DNA from: an uncultured Bacilli bacterium
GTDB lineage: Bacteria; Bacillota_I; Bacilli_A; RF39; UBA660
Assembly (NCBI GenBank): GCA_947588975.1
Contig: CANQAF010000001.1
Span: 1-47,570, forward strand
DNA length: 47,570 nucleotides
Reading direction: 5' to 3'
Shown here: one piece after another, positions 9,283 through 18,090 of the stretch
Position numbering within the stretch: the stretch's first letter is position 1
How the letters are laid out: each line of letters begins with the position of its first letter
The notes under the pieces: generated by a model
What the model saw: only the letters and a program-made list of their open reading frames with translations
Databases searched by the model: none
What the model was told of the DNA's origin: nothing
Translations under genes and position numbers: made by a program

Positions 9283-10512
9283 TTATTTTCGAACTAATTT
9301 TACAACACATTCAATATGATAAGTTTCAGGAAACATATCAACTGGTGTTAATTCTTTGATTTCATATACTTCTTCTAATTCTTTTAAATCCCTTGCTAAT
9401 GTAACCGGATCACAAGATACATAAATAAGACGTTTTACTTTCCATTCTTTTAAATAAGAAACAGTCTTGGGATCCAACCCACTACGTGGTGGATCTACAA
9501 CCACTACAGAATATTGATTTTCTATTTTACCAATTACCTTCGCTACATCATCACAAATAAACTCTATATTATTTACTTGATTACGTAGTTGATTCTGTTG
9601 TGCATCCTCTACTGCTTGTTGATTAATTTCAATTCCAAAAACTTTTTTACACTGTGGGCTTAAAAATAATCCAATTGTACCTGTTCCACAATATAAATCT
9701 AATACAATATCTTCCTTGTCCAAATCAGCATACGTTCTTACTAATTCATATAATTTTTCTGCTTGCTTAGTATTGACTTGAAAAAAAGAATCAGGCGAAA
9801 TGCGATAAATAAAATTTCCTATTTTCTCTTCAATATATGGATTACCGTAAATACATTCATATGTTTTATTTTTAATATATATTGTATTTACAAATGGGCG
9901 TAAAGTTTCAAGTATCTTTTTATTGTAATTGTCGGTACTTATATCAAAAATAACCATTATTTCATTAGAATATTCGCTATAGCGAATGATTACTTGAGAG
10001 CATTTGTCTAATTTTATGTTTGCAATTATATTTACCACTTGATTCATTTTTTCATTGATTAAATCACAGTGATTAATTGGCACAATATGGTTACTTCTTT
10101 TTTCATAGTAACCAATTTTATTTTCCACTTGTAAGGTAACTTTATTACGATATGAAAATGGTTGAGAAGCCACAATTGGTTTTATTAAAAATGAAATATC
10201 ATGATTCATAAATTTTTTTAAAATTTCTTTTACCTTGTCTTCCTTCCACTGTAAACTACTGTCATAATTCATATGCATAATATGACAACCACCACATAAT
10301 GTGTAATATGGGCATATAGGTCGCACACGATTACTACTTGTATGATGATAATGGCTAACTTTTGCTTCTTGTAAATTTTTCTTTTCCTTTAAAATTTGAA
10401 TTTCTACTTCTTCACCAGGTAAGGCATTTTCCACAAAAATTACTTTTCCGTTCGCTCTTATAATACCTCTTCCTTGGTGATCCAATTTTTCTATTGTAAA
10501 AATTTGCGACAT
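9283..10512 (-). CDS. rlmD: 23S rRNA (uracil-C5)-methyltransferase, RumA/RlmD (TrmA) family
   Basis: TRAM-like N-terminus. Fe-S Cys cluster CPYYTLCGGC. SAM motif VLDLYCGTGTIGL. DPPRSG. Catalytic YVSCDP. Start set to ATG 10512 (MSQIFTIEK), preceded by SD GGTGA. An extended -10 (TGtTATAAT, 10529-10534) lies downstream of the ORF-track TTG start at 10545. Confidence 0.85.
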   Translation of the reverse strand: MSQIFTIEKLDHQGRGIIRANGKVIFVENALPGEEVEIQILKEKKNLQEAKVSHYHHTSSNRVRPICPYYTLCGGCHIMHMNYDSSLQWKEDKVKEILKKFMNHDISFLIKPIVASQPFSYRNKVTLQVENKIGYYEKRSNHIVPINHCDLINEKMNQVVNIIANIKLDKCSQVIIRYSEYSNEIMVIFDISTDNYNKKILETLRPFVNTIYIKNKTYECIYGNPYIEEKIGNFIYRISPDSFFQVNTKQAEKLYELVRTYADLDKEDIVLDLYCGTGTIGLFLSPQCKKVFGIEINQQAVEDAQQNQLRNQVNNIEFICDDVAKVIGKIENQYSVVVVDPPRSGLDPKTVSYLKEWKVKRLIYVSCDPVTLARDLKELEEVYEIKELTPVDMFPETYHIECVVKLVRK

Positions 10513-10579
10513 AATATTCACCAAATTCATTATAACATTTGACAAAATGAAATGAAATAAATAAAATAGAAAAAGTGAG

Positions 10580-10816
10580 ATGAAATATATGAATATAAAT
10601 TTATTATTACAAAAATTTTATAATACGTTATTACGCAAAACACAAACATATCAGTATTACTATGATCAATTAAATACATGTACTGATAAATTACAATTAC
10701 TTCGCATTAAAAAAAAGTTATATTTAGAAATGATTTCTGAATTTCACTTCTTTAACTCTTTTACCAATGATTGTTTAAATTTGTCATTTTCAGATCAACA
10801 AAAAAAAATAAAATAA
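10580..10816 (+). CDS. Small hypothetical protein (78 aa)
   Basis: ORF with a weak SD (GTGAGA), followed by a clean terminator. No recognisable motif; coding status uncertain. Confidence 0.35.
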   Translation: MKYMNINLLLQKFYNTLLRKTQTYQYYYDQLNTCTDKLQLLRIKKKLYLEMISEFHFFNSFTNDCLNLSFSDQQKKIK

Positions 10817-10824
10817 ATGTATTG

Positions 10825-10846
10825 AGAGCTTTCGCTCTTTTTTCTT
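10825..10846 (+). terminator. Intrinsic terminator
   Basis: AGAGC-tttc-GCTCT followed by TTTTT. Confidence 0.55.
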
Positions 10847-10895
10847 ATATTTTTGAAAATATGAATCATACTATCACTAGAAATATGGTGATTGC

Positions 10896-12350
10896 ATGTT
10901 AGAGAATATAGAACAAATAGTTCAAAGAATAAAACAAGAGACCAATGAGTTAGATGATATTATCTATAGAGAAAAAGTCATTAAAAAGAAAAAGGTCTAC
11001 ATTATATATAACGAACCACTGACTTCTAGTGATAAAATCAGTGATTTTATTGTGCGTAGTTTAAATCACATTGAACAAGAAAAATTCTCGGTAAATACTT
11101 TATTTCATATCATTGAAAATGATATTAGTAACTTTAAAGTGAAAAAAGTTAATACTTATAAAGATATTTGCTTTTATCTACACAAAGGATTTACCATAAT
11201 ACTTGTTGAAGGATGTAGTGAAGCGCTTGCTTTAGAAACTAGAGCTAATATTTCACGAGGCATTACTGCACCAGATACAGAAAGTACAGTTCGCGGTGCA
11301 AAAGATTCTTTCGTAGAAGATTACCAAATTAATATAGGACTTATCAAAAAAAGAATAAAAACAAATAATTTGTGGATAAAAAATTTATCCATAGGTAAAT
11401 ATACTGCAACCCAAATTGGAGTATTATCTATTCATGGTATTGTCAAAGAAGAACTTATCAATCAAGTAATGGAGCAATTAAACAAAATTGATATTTATGG
11501 AATCATTGATAGTGGAATGATTAAAAATCTCATCGAAAAAGAAACAAAATCCTTATTTCCTACTGTTGTTACTACAGAAAGACCTGATGTAGTATCAAAA
11601 GCACTACTAGAAGGTAAGGTTGCAATTGTAGTTGATAATAGTCCTTATGTTTTAATAATACCAGCTGTGCTGAATGATTTTTTTAAAACAATGGAAGATA
11701 TTTATGGAAAAGGCTCCAATGTTACATTTACACGTATTGTAAAATTTTTAGCATTCATCATTGCATTATTTACTCCTGCAGTATATATTGCACTTATTAC
11801 TTATAATCAGGAAATGATTCCAACAGATTTACTCGCTAATTTTGCAACGCAAAGAGATGGGGTACCTTTCCCTGCCTTTTTTGAAGGATTTATGATGATT
11901 TTATCTTTTGAAATTTTAAGAGAAAGTGATTTACGTGTTCCAAGCTTCAGCGGAAGTGCTTTATCCATTGTAGGTGCCCTGATTTTAGGAGAAGCAGCAG
12001 TCAATGCTGGAATTGTATCTCCTATTATGATTATTGTCATTGCTATTACTGCCATCAGTTCACTGCCATTTACAGAATATGAACTGATAAATGCCTTAAG
12101 GTGGTATCGAATTATATTTATGCTAGGAGCTGCTTTTTTAGGGATTGTTGGTGTTTTTGCAGTTACAATTTTCTTTATCATTCGAATGTGTGCATTAGAG
12201 TCTTTTGGAAAACCGTACTTAATGCCTTTTGCACCGACGATTGTTTCATCCTTAAAAAATAGTGTTGTTAAATTCCCATTAAAAGATTTATATAAACGTC
12301 AACCTTATCTATCAAATAATCGCATAAAAGAAAGGAGTAAACAAAAATGA
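10896..12350 (+). CDS. Spore germination protein, GerA/GerKA (A subunit) family
   Basis: 484 aa with TTERPDVVSKALLEGKVAIVVDNSPYVLIIPAVLNDFF and C-terminal TM helices. SD GGTGAT. A possible forespore-type -10 (CATACTA, 10867-10873) lies upstream; this is low confidence. Confidence 0.9.
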   Translation: MLENIEQIVQRIKQETNELDDIIYREKVIKKKKVYIIYNEPLTSSDKISDFIVRSLNHIEQEKFSVNTLFHIIENDISNFKVKKVNTYKDICFYLHKGFTIILVEGCSEALALETRANISRGITAPDTESTVRGAKDSFVEDYQINIGLIKKRIKTNNLWIKNLSIGKYTATQIGVLSIHGIVKEELINQVMEQLNKIDIYGIIDSGMIKNLIEKETKSLFPTVVTTERPDVVSKALLEGKVAIVVDNSPYVLIIPAVLNDFFKTMEDIYGKGSNVTFTRIVKFLAFIIALFTPAVYIALITYNQEMIPTDLLANFATQRDGVPFPAFFEGFMMILSFEILRESDLRVPSFSGSALSIVGALILGEAAVNAGIVSPIMIIVIAITAISSLPFTEYELINALRWYRIIFMLGAAFLGIVGVFAVTIFFIIRMCALESFGKPYLMPFAPTIVSSLKNSVVKFPLKDLYKRQPYLSNNRIKERSKQK

Positions 12351-13531
12351 AACGATTGCGAATACTGATACCCCTATGTATGCTTTTCCTTTTAACAGGT
12401 TGCTATAACTATAGAGAATTAACACAAATCGCTTTAACCAGCGCAATTGGGATCGACAAAAATCAAAATGGTGAATATGTAGTTACCATTCAAGTTTTAA
12501 ATACGCAAAAACAAGGTGGAGATAGTAGTTCTAGCAATGATGTTACCAAATTTATTCTTTACACCAGTCATGGAAAAACACTACAAGAGGCTCTTAGAAC
12601 AACAATTTTTAACTCACCTAGAAGACTGTATTTAAATCATATGAGTTTGTTATTAATTAGCGAAAATATTGCAAAAGAGGGAATTGGAGATTTACTTGAT
12701 TTTTTTGCCAGAAATACAGAATTTCGAAAACAATTTTTAGTTGTAGTAAGTCGAGATCCCGATCCTAGTGATGTTATGCAAGTCGTAACCCCACTCGAAG
12801 CACTTAATGCTCAAAATATCGTAGATAGTATCTTATCTGATGCAAAATACTACGGCATGACTAGTAAAACAACCTATGAGGATTTACTGAAAAGTTATAT
12901 TAATCCAAGAACCAATATTGTTCTACCATCTGTTGAATATATTGGAAATACTGAAAAAGGGGAAGGCGAAAATAACGTAAAACAATCGAAACCAGATGCT
13001 ACAATTGAATTACGTCCAATGGCTATTTTTAAAGATGATAAAATGATTGGTTATTTAACAGAGCAAGAAAGTAGAAGTTTAAATTACATAAAAGATAAAA
13101 TTAATAATTCTATTTTAACATGTAACTGTAATAATGATGGTATTTTTACAGCAGAAATTATATCTAGTAAAACAAAATTAAAAGCTGATTTTGAAAAGAA
13201 AAAAATTACGATTGCTGTTGAAGCAAAAAGTAATATTAAAGAAATTAATTGTAATATTGATTTGTTAAATTCCAATACCATCACAGAAATTGAAGCAATC
13301 ATCAATCAACATTTAGAAGAAATGATTCGAGATTTAATCCAAAACACTTTACAAAAGTATCAAACAGATATTTTCGGATTTGAAGAATTATTATACAAAT
13401 CCAAACCAAATGAATATAAAGTTTTAAAAAAGCAATATGGTGAGGAATTATTAGATCATTTTGATTTTGAAGTAGTATCTAAAATTAATGTCCAAACCAA
13501 AGGCAATATTATAAAGGAGATTACACGATGA
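12347..13531 (+). CDS. Spore germination lipoprotein, Ger(x)C family
   Basis: Lipobox LLTGC, then YNYRELTQIALTSAIGIDK, typical of the family. Overlaps the upstream gene by 4 nt (ATGA). Confidence 0.9.
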   Translation: MKRLRILIPLCMLFLLTGCYNYRELTQIALTSAIGIDKNQNGEYVVTIQVLNTQKQGGDSSSSNDVTKFILYTSHGKTLQEALRTTIFNSPRRLYLNHMSLLLISENIAKEGIGDLLDFFARNTEFRKQFLVVVSRDPDPSDVMQVVTPLEALNAQNIVDSILSDAKYYGMTSKTTYEDLLKSYINPRTNIVLPSVEYIGNTEKGEGENNVKQSKPDATIELRPMAIFKDDKMIGYLTEQESRSLNYIKDKINNSILTCNCNNDGIFTAEIISSKTKLKADFEKKKITIAVEAKSNIKEINCNIDLLNSNTITEIEAIINQHLEEMIRDLIQNTLQKYQTDIFGFEELLYKSKPNEYKVLKKQYGEELLDHFDFEVVSKINVQTKGNIIKEITR

Positions 13532-14610
13532 AAGGAAAAATTAATTGTTTACAGTATAGCACAATGATGATTATTATCATTGTTTCCTCATTTATGGGGA
13601 TTGGTATTTTTTCGCTCGTAAAAGCAGCGGGTGTAGATGCATATTTATCAGTATTATTGACAATTATCATCAGTATCCCTATATTACTTCTATTTTTATA
13701 TATTCATTCTTATGAACCAGAGCTTTCTTTACCTCTTAAATTAGAAAAACTATATGGAAAAAAAATAGGTAAATTTGTTACTTATCTTTGTGCAATTTTT
13801 ATTTTTGTTTTTGCGAATAATTATATGTTTAATTTAACAAATTTTATCGTTTCCCAATTTTTGCCAGAAACACCACTTATGGTAATCGGGATTGTTTTCT
13901 CCCTTTTAGCAGCATATGCAAATATGCAAGGATTAGAAACAATATCTCGTGTTAGCTTAATTCTTTTATTTATTAATTTAATCTTGTTTGCTATTGGTAT
14001 TTTTGGTCTAATTCCAAGTTTTGAATTAAATAACTTAAAACCTTTTTTGGAATCTGGATTGCAAAGACCTTTTGAAGCAACATTCTTTGTTTTTACTCTA
14101 TCCATATTACCTATGTATTCATTACTTATCGTTCCTAAAAATGCAATGGTGGACTCTAAACGTTTTAATTTATCAGTCACTTTATCTTACTTAATAGGAT
14201 TATTTCTAATTTTTATATTTTGCGTTTTAACCTTAGGAATTCTTGGAATACATCTTGCAAGTATATATCAATATCCTGAATATATTATTTTAAAACATGT
14301 CAATTTATTTGGATTTTTGGACCGTATAGAAAATATCATTACAGCAACGTGGATTTTTGGTTTATTTTTTAGTATTACATTCGCCATTTACTATATTTCT
14401 ACTTGTATAGTACCTACCAAAAAGAAGAAAACAATCCCTATTATAATTGTTACAATCATGCTATTATTCAGTGTACAACTTATTCCAAATAATACTACCT
14501 TTAATTCATATATTTATTATGTTGCACCTATTTTGAAAATTATGTATTTTAGTATTTTTATAATCATTGGAATTAGTATCTTTATTAAAAAGAAAAAAAA
14601 GAATACATAA
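13528..14610 (+). CDS. Spore germination permease, Ger(x)B (APC-like) family
   Basis: 360 aa with about 10 TM helices. N-terminus KINCLQYSTMMIIIIVSSFMGIGIF. 4-nt overlap with the gerC-type gene. Confidence 0.9.
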   Translation: MKGKINCLQYSTMMIIIIVSSFMGIGIFSLVKAAGVDAYLSVLLTIIISIPILLLFLYIHSYEPELSLPLKLEKLYGKKIGKFVTYLCAIFIFVFANNYMFNLTNFIVSQFLPETPLMVIGIVFSLLAAYANMQGLETISRVSLILLFINLILFAIGIFGLIPSFELNNLKPFLESGLQRPFEATFFVFTLSILPMYSLLIVPKNAMVDSKRFNLSVTLSYLIGLFLIFIFCVLTLGILGIHLASIYQYPEYIILKHVNLFGFLDRIENIITATWIFGLFFSITFAIYYISTCIVPTKKKKTIPIIIVTIMLLFSVQLIPNNTTFNSYIYYVAPILKIMYFSIFIIIGISIFIKKKKKNT

Positions 14611-14616
14611 TAAAAG

Positions 14617-14638
14617 AACAACATTTTCAAATGTTGTT
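14617..14638. terminator. Bidirectional terminator between convergent genes
   Basis: AACAACAT-tttcaa-ATGTTGTT, 8-bp stem, flanked by A/T runs. Confidence 0.6.
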
Positions 14639-15453
14639 TATTTTAATAATGTATAAATTAAAAATATAATGCCCCCTGCAATCGCAACTAAAAGAATAGT
14701 AACCAATATTTTAATTAAAATATTGTTTCTTTTCAAATTGTGATTCAAGTTTGATAGTTGTTCAAAATCATTTTCACCAAAATTTAAACTAGATGTATAA
14801 AATGATTTATCCATTTCCTCTTTTTCTAAATTACGTCTTATTTCTTCTTGTTTGGCATCCTCTAATAAGGCTTTTACAGAATCTTTATTTTCAATGACAG
14901 TATTTTCATCTGATTTTAAATCATTTAACACATCTAAACTAAGATCTTCAGTAGCTAATTGATTTAACTCACTATTATTCGTAATTGTATCAATCAGTTC
15001 ACGTAATTCATCTTTTGATTCATTTGTTTGCAAACTTTTTTCTTTTAACTTTTTTAAAATATTATAGCCTGTATCATCCAAACGGTGATATTTTTCCTCA
15101 GTTGTTTTATTACTTTTTGCCTTATCTAAAATATCACGGATATCATAATTTCTTTCGTTTCCTAGTTCAGAATTGTTTGGTTTTTCTACTACTTCAGGTT
15201 TTACTACCATCTGACGAAATTTTCTCTGTTTTTGATACGCTTCGCGATTTTTTAACATATTTTTAATTTTGGTAATATCTACTTCATTTGATTTTTCAAT
15301 GGTAGCAATACCTTCAATATTGCTATATTCTCCACCTTCATAAATTTCGTGATACAAGTGTTGATTTCGATCACTACGTTTCGAAGTATGGTTATTCGAC
15401 TTATAATAACGTTCCATTCTTGTCGCCAATTGTATCACCTCTATTATTATCAT
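14638..15453 (-). CDS. Tail-anchored, highly charged (Glu/Lys/Asn-rich) protein; function unknown
   Basis: 271-aa ORF with a single C-terminal TM helix (ILIKILVTILLVAIAGGIIFLIYTLL). The true start is more likely TTG 15429 (SD GAGGTGAT at 15434-15441) or ATG 15417 (MERYYK) than ATG 15453, which has no SD. Confidence 0.6.
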   Translation of the reverse strand: MIIIEVIQLATRMERYYKSNNHTSKRSDRNQHLYHEIYEGGEYSNIEGIATIEKSNEVDITKIKNMLKNREAYQKQRKFRQMVVKPEVVEKPNNSELGNERNYDIRDILDKAKSNKTTEEKYHRLDDTGYNILKKLKEKSLQTNESKDELRELIDTITNNSELNQLATEDLSLDVLNDLKSDENTVIENKDSVKALLEDAKQEEIRRNLEKEEMDKSFYTSSLNFGENDFEQLSNLNHNLKRNNILIKILVTILLVAIAGGIIFLIYTLLK

Positions 15454-15529
15454 AACATATTTTTTTGAATTTTTAAACAGATACTTGCATTTCTGCTTGT
15501 TTTTTTTATATAATAAAATTGGTGATGTT

Positions 15530-15751
15530 ATGAAAAAAGTAAAAGTAAATCAAAATGTATGTATTGGCTGTGGCGCATGCCAAGCAATTATTGATTCTGT
15601 GTTTCAACTTCAAGATAATGGTTTAGCAGAAACAAAAAGTGAAAATAATACCATTGATACAATGGATGAAGATGTAAAACAAGAAGTAATGGATGCCTTA
15701 GAAGGTTGTCCTACATCTGCAATTTATATAGAAGAAAAGGAAGAACAGTAG
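15530..15751 (+). CDS. Small ferredoxin (single Fe-S cluster type)
   Basis: CIGCGACQAI ... CPTSAI. Start moved to ATG 15530 (MKKVKV) after SD GGTGA. A hairpin GGAAGA-N7-TCTTCC plus T-run at 15739-15763 acts as terminator. Confidence 0.85.
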   Translation: MKKVKVNQNVCIGCGACQAIIDSVFQLQDNGLAETKSENNTIDTMDEDVKQEVMDALEGCPTSAIYIEEKEEQ

Positions 15752-15760
15752 TCTTCCTTT

Positions 15761-16231
15761 TTATATGTAATATCGATAATGTTTCACATCATCTAAGTGT
15801 TTATAAAATTCAAAATTAGCTGCAAGAGCCGTCTTTACTCCTGCAATATTATATCGGTCAATTGCCAAATCAATATTGTTTATTGAAGCTACATTCTGAA
15901 TCAAAAATTCACTTACTTGTTTTAACATTTTACTTCCAATATGTTGTTTTCTAAAATATTTATGTAAGGCATATGTCAGGGAAATTACACCATTTAAATC
16001 ACAATTTCCTAAATATAAATAGCCAATAAGTAATGATTGACTTTCCACCAAATATGCCTTCGGAAATATAGAATCTAAAAACATATTTGTTTCTTGTAGT
16101 GTACGTTTTATTTCATTACTCATATGACGAGAAATACTTGAATCATCTATCAATTCTTTTCCAAATTGATAATGTTCTTTATAATCTGCATTATAACAAA
16201 CTATGTTAAAATCTCCCACATTCCATTGCAT
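15761..16231 (-). CDS. GNAT-family N-acetyltransferase
   Basis: 156 aa with an acetyl-CoA-binding-like segment FRKQHIGSKMLKQVSEFL. Confidence 0.6.
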   Translation of the reverse strand: MQWNVGDFNIVCYNADYKEHYQFGKELIDDSSISRHMSNEIKRTLQETNMFLDSIFPKAYLVESQSLLIGYLYLGNCDLNGVISLTYALHKYFRKQHIGSKMLKQVSEFLIQNVASINNIDLAIDRYNIAGVKTALAANFEFYKHLDDVKHYRYYI

Positions 16232-16281
16232 AAAATCACCCCAATACTAGCTATCATATCATAAATTATTAAAAAAGCAAA

Positions 16282-17001
16282 CTATAAATTTGCTTCATTA
16301 TACAATTTCTTGATTTCTTTTGGATTCAACATCCTGTATTCCCCTGATTTTAATCCAGATAAATTAAGGAAAGAAATTTGTTCTCTTTTTAATTTCAATA
16401 CGGTAAGCCCAATTGTTTCAAACATTTTTTTTACTTGATGATTTCTACCTTCATGTATGACAAGTTCTACAATAGAAGTGTTTGTTTTTTTATCATATCT
16501 TTTGATTCTCACTTGCGACTTTGCAGTCATTTTACCATCTATTAGAACACCCTGTTGTAACTTTAAAAGTTGATCTTTTGAAATAAAACCATTGACTTTT
16601 GCAATATAACGTTTATCAATTTTATTTTTTGGATGCATCATTGCATTCGCAAATATTCCATCATTCGTTAATAACAAAATTCCAGTTGTATCATAATCTA
16701 ATCTTCCAACAGGATAAATACGAATATTAGTATCAATCAAATCAACTACAGTTTTTCTATGTTTATCGTCACTTGTCGTAGTAACTACACCACGGGGTTT
16801 ATATAATAAATAATATACTTTTTGTTCCTCTTTTGTTAATATCTCGCCATCAATTTCGATCATATCGTTTACACTTACTTTAGTGCCTAATTCCGATACG
16901 GTAACTCCGTTCACTTTTACATGACCCGTACGAATTAATTCTTCTGCTTTACGACGAGAGGTATATCCACTTTCAGCAATAATTTTTTGTAATCTTTCCA
17001 T
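16282..17001 (-). CDS. rluB: Pseudouridine synthase, RsuA/RluB family (S4 domain plus catalytic domain)
   Basis: N-terminal S4 domain (MERLQKIIAESGYTSRRKAEELI). Catalytic motif GRLDYDTTGILLLTNDG. Confidence 0.85.
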   Translation of the reverse strand: MERLQKIIAESGYTSRRKAEELIRTGHVKVNGVTVSELGTKVSVNDMIEIDGEILTKEEQKVYYLLYKPRGVVTTTSDDKHRKTVVDLIDTNIRIYPVGRLDYDTTGILLLTNDGIFANAMMHPKNKIDKRYIAKVNGFISKDQLLKLQQGVLIDGKMTAKSQVRIKRYDKKTNTSIVELVIHEGRNHQVKKMFETIGLTVLKLKREQISFLNLSGLKSGEYRMLNPKEIKKLYNEANL

Positions 17002-17094
17002 ACAAATTCACCTGAATTTATTATACAAAATTCATATCATAAATGCAATGAATGATTGCATTATTATACACTGATCGTTTTTCTATATTTTTAT

Positions 17095-17934
17095 TTACGC
17101 AACCATAAATTTTTCCATTGTTGCCGTAATATTTTCTGCTCCGTATCCTCTTAATCGAATTCTAAAATATACTTCTTTCCCCGCATAACCTGATAAGTCA
17201 ATCTCAGTATTAAAGTTACTAGAACCTGTATAAAATTGGTATAGTTGTGTCCATGTTGTTCCATCATTATCAGATATATCTACATATACTCCGTATGTTT
17301 TATTCGTTACATTTGCGTATGGTGTTCCCCAAAATAAGTATCCCTCAAAATATAATTTCATACCATTACGAATTGCCTGTGATTTATTATATTTAAATTC
17401 ACTGAAAGCGCCATCGCTTTTTCCAGTATTTGTAAATTGAAAAGTGCCATTTTCAGTCAAAATAGAACCATTTGCATTTTTCCCACTATTACCTGCGGTA
17501 TTTTTAATTTCCCAATCGGAAGGAGATGTCGATAACAAATCTAAACCTTTTAAACCTACTTTTGTCCAACAAACCCATGCTTGATTTTCACTATCATATA
17601 TCTCAATACAATCTGTTTCTGCATTATAGCGAATATTCCCTCCATCAGTTCCTCCTGCTCCTCCTTGATAAAATTGTGCAATCGTTCCTGTAATCGTTCC
17701 ATCTGCTATTTGGCTGATATCTGTTCCTCCAAGAAGTTGCTCTATATTATTTACTTTTTTCAGTAATTCTTCCACTACTGTATTTAGTTGTAGAGCTGAT
17801 ACAGTTTCTTGTTTCATGGTATCTAATATCGTTTTTTTATTCTGCAAATTATTTAAAATTCCTACCATCAGTGCTAAAAACAATAATAACAACGTATATA
17901 ATATTGTGCTAGTAGCAAACCCTTTTTTCTTCAT
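17095..17934 (-). CDS. Pilin-like (class III signal-like N-terminus, no Glu5) surface protein with a C-terminal beta-sandwich, lectin-like domain
   Basis: Start set to ATG 17934 (MKKKGFATSTILYTLLLLFLALMVGIL), 7 nt after SD AAAGGAG. The C-terminus (...IDLSGYAGKEVYFRIRLRGYG...) resembles carbohydrate-binding or choice-of-anchor-type jelly-roll domains. The ORF-track extension to 17997 reads through the leader. Confidence 0.7.
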   Translation of the reverse strand: MKKKGFATSTILYTLLLLFLALMVGILNNLQNKKTILDTMKQETVSALQLNTVVEELLKKVNNIEQLLGGTDISQIADGTITGTIAQFYQGGAGGTDGGNIRYNAETDCIEIYDSENQAWVCWTKVGLKGLDLLSTSPSDWEIKNTAGNSGKNANGSILTENGTFQFTNTGKSDGAFSEFKYNKSQAIRNGMKLYFEGYLFWGTPYANVTNKTYGVYVDISDNDGTTWTQLYQFYTGSSNFNTEIDLSGYAGKEVYFRIRLRGYGAENITATMEKFMVA

Positions 17935-17951
17935 ATTCTTCACTCCTTTAG

Positions 17952-18053
17952 ACAATAAAAAAGAGGGTATTACCCCCCCCCCGTTTGCAAAAAGCATACT
18001 TAATATTTTCTGCTCATCACAAACTATTCTATGATTTATTTGACAATATTATA
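17952..18053 (-). promoter_or_regulatory. Conserved promoter-leader element, copy 1 (TATAAT, stem-loop, G10 terminator-like hairpin)
   Basis: Minus sense: TATAAT (18053-18048). Stem GUUUGUGA...UUGCAAAC encloses AGCA-N14-UGCU. Then G10 (17982-17973), UAAUA, CCCUC (17967-17963) and U6 (17962-17957). 80 of 93 aligned positions match 30731-30822. Confidence 0.6.
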
Positions 18054-18090
18054 GTATCATATTTCATCTATAATGTCCATATAAAATATA

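Noticed and set aside
10513-10545. Upstream TTG (10545) and ATG (10530) starts for the RumA/RlmD-type gene
   Set aside because: An extended -10 element (TGtTATAAT, 10529-10534) lies at or downstream of them, and only ATG 10512 has an SD (GGTGA).
17935-17997. 21-codon N-terminal extension of pilin-like protein 1 given by the ORF track (MLFANGGGVIPSFLLSKGVKN)
   Set aside because: The extension is the translated leader element, including the G10 tract as GGG. Its ATG has no SD, whereas ATG 17934 follows AAAGGAG at ideal spacing. The equivalent frame in copy 2 terminates before the gene. It is kept only as a remote possibility in the findings.
17952-18044. Leader element as a known riboswitch (c-di-GMP-I/II, which regulate type IV pilins in some clostridia) or as a mobile repeat/MITE
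   Set aside because: I could not find the conserved cores I remember for GEMM-I or c-di-GMP-II. There are no terminal inverted repeats or target duplications, and only two copies, both in the same functional position. This is from memory only; an Rfam scan is still needed.
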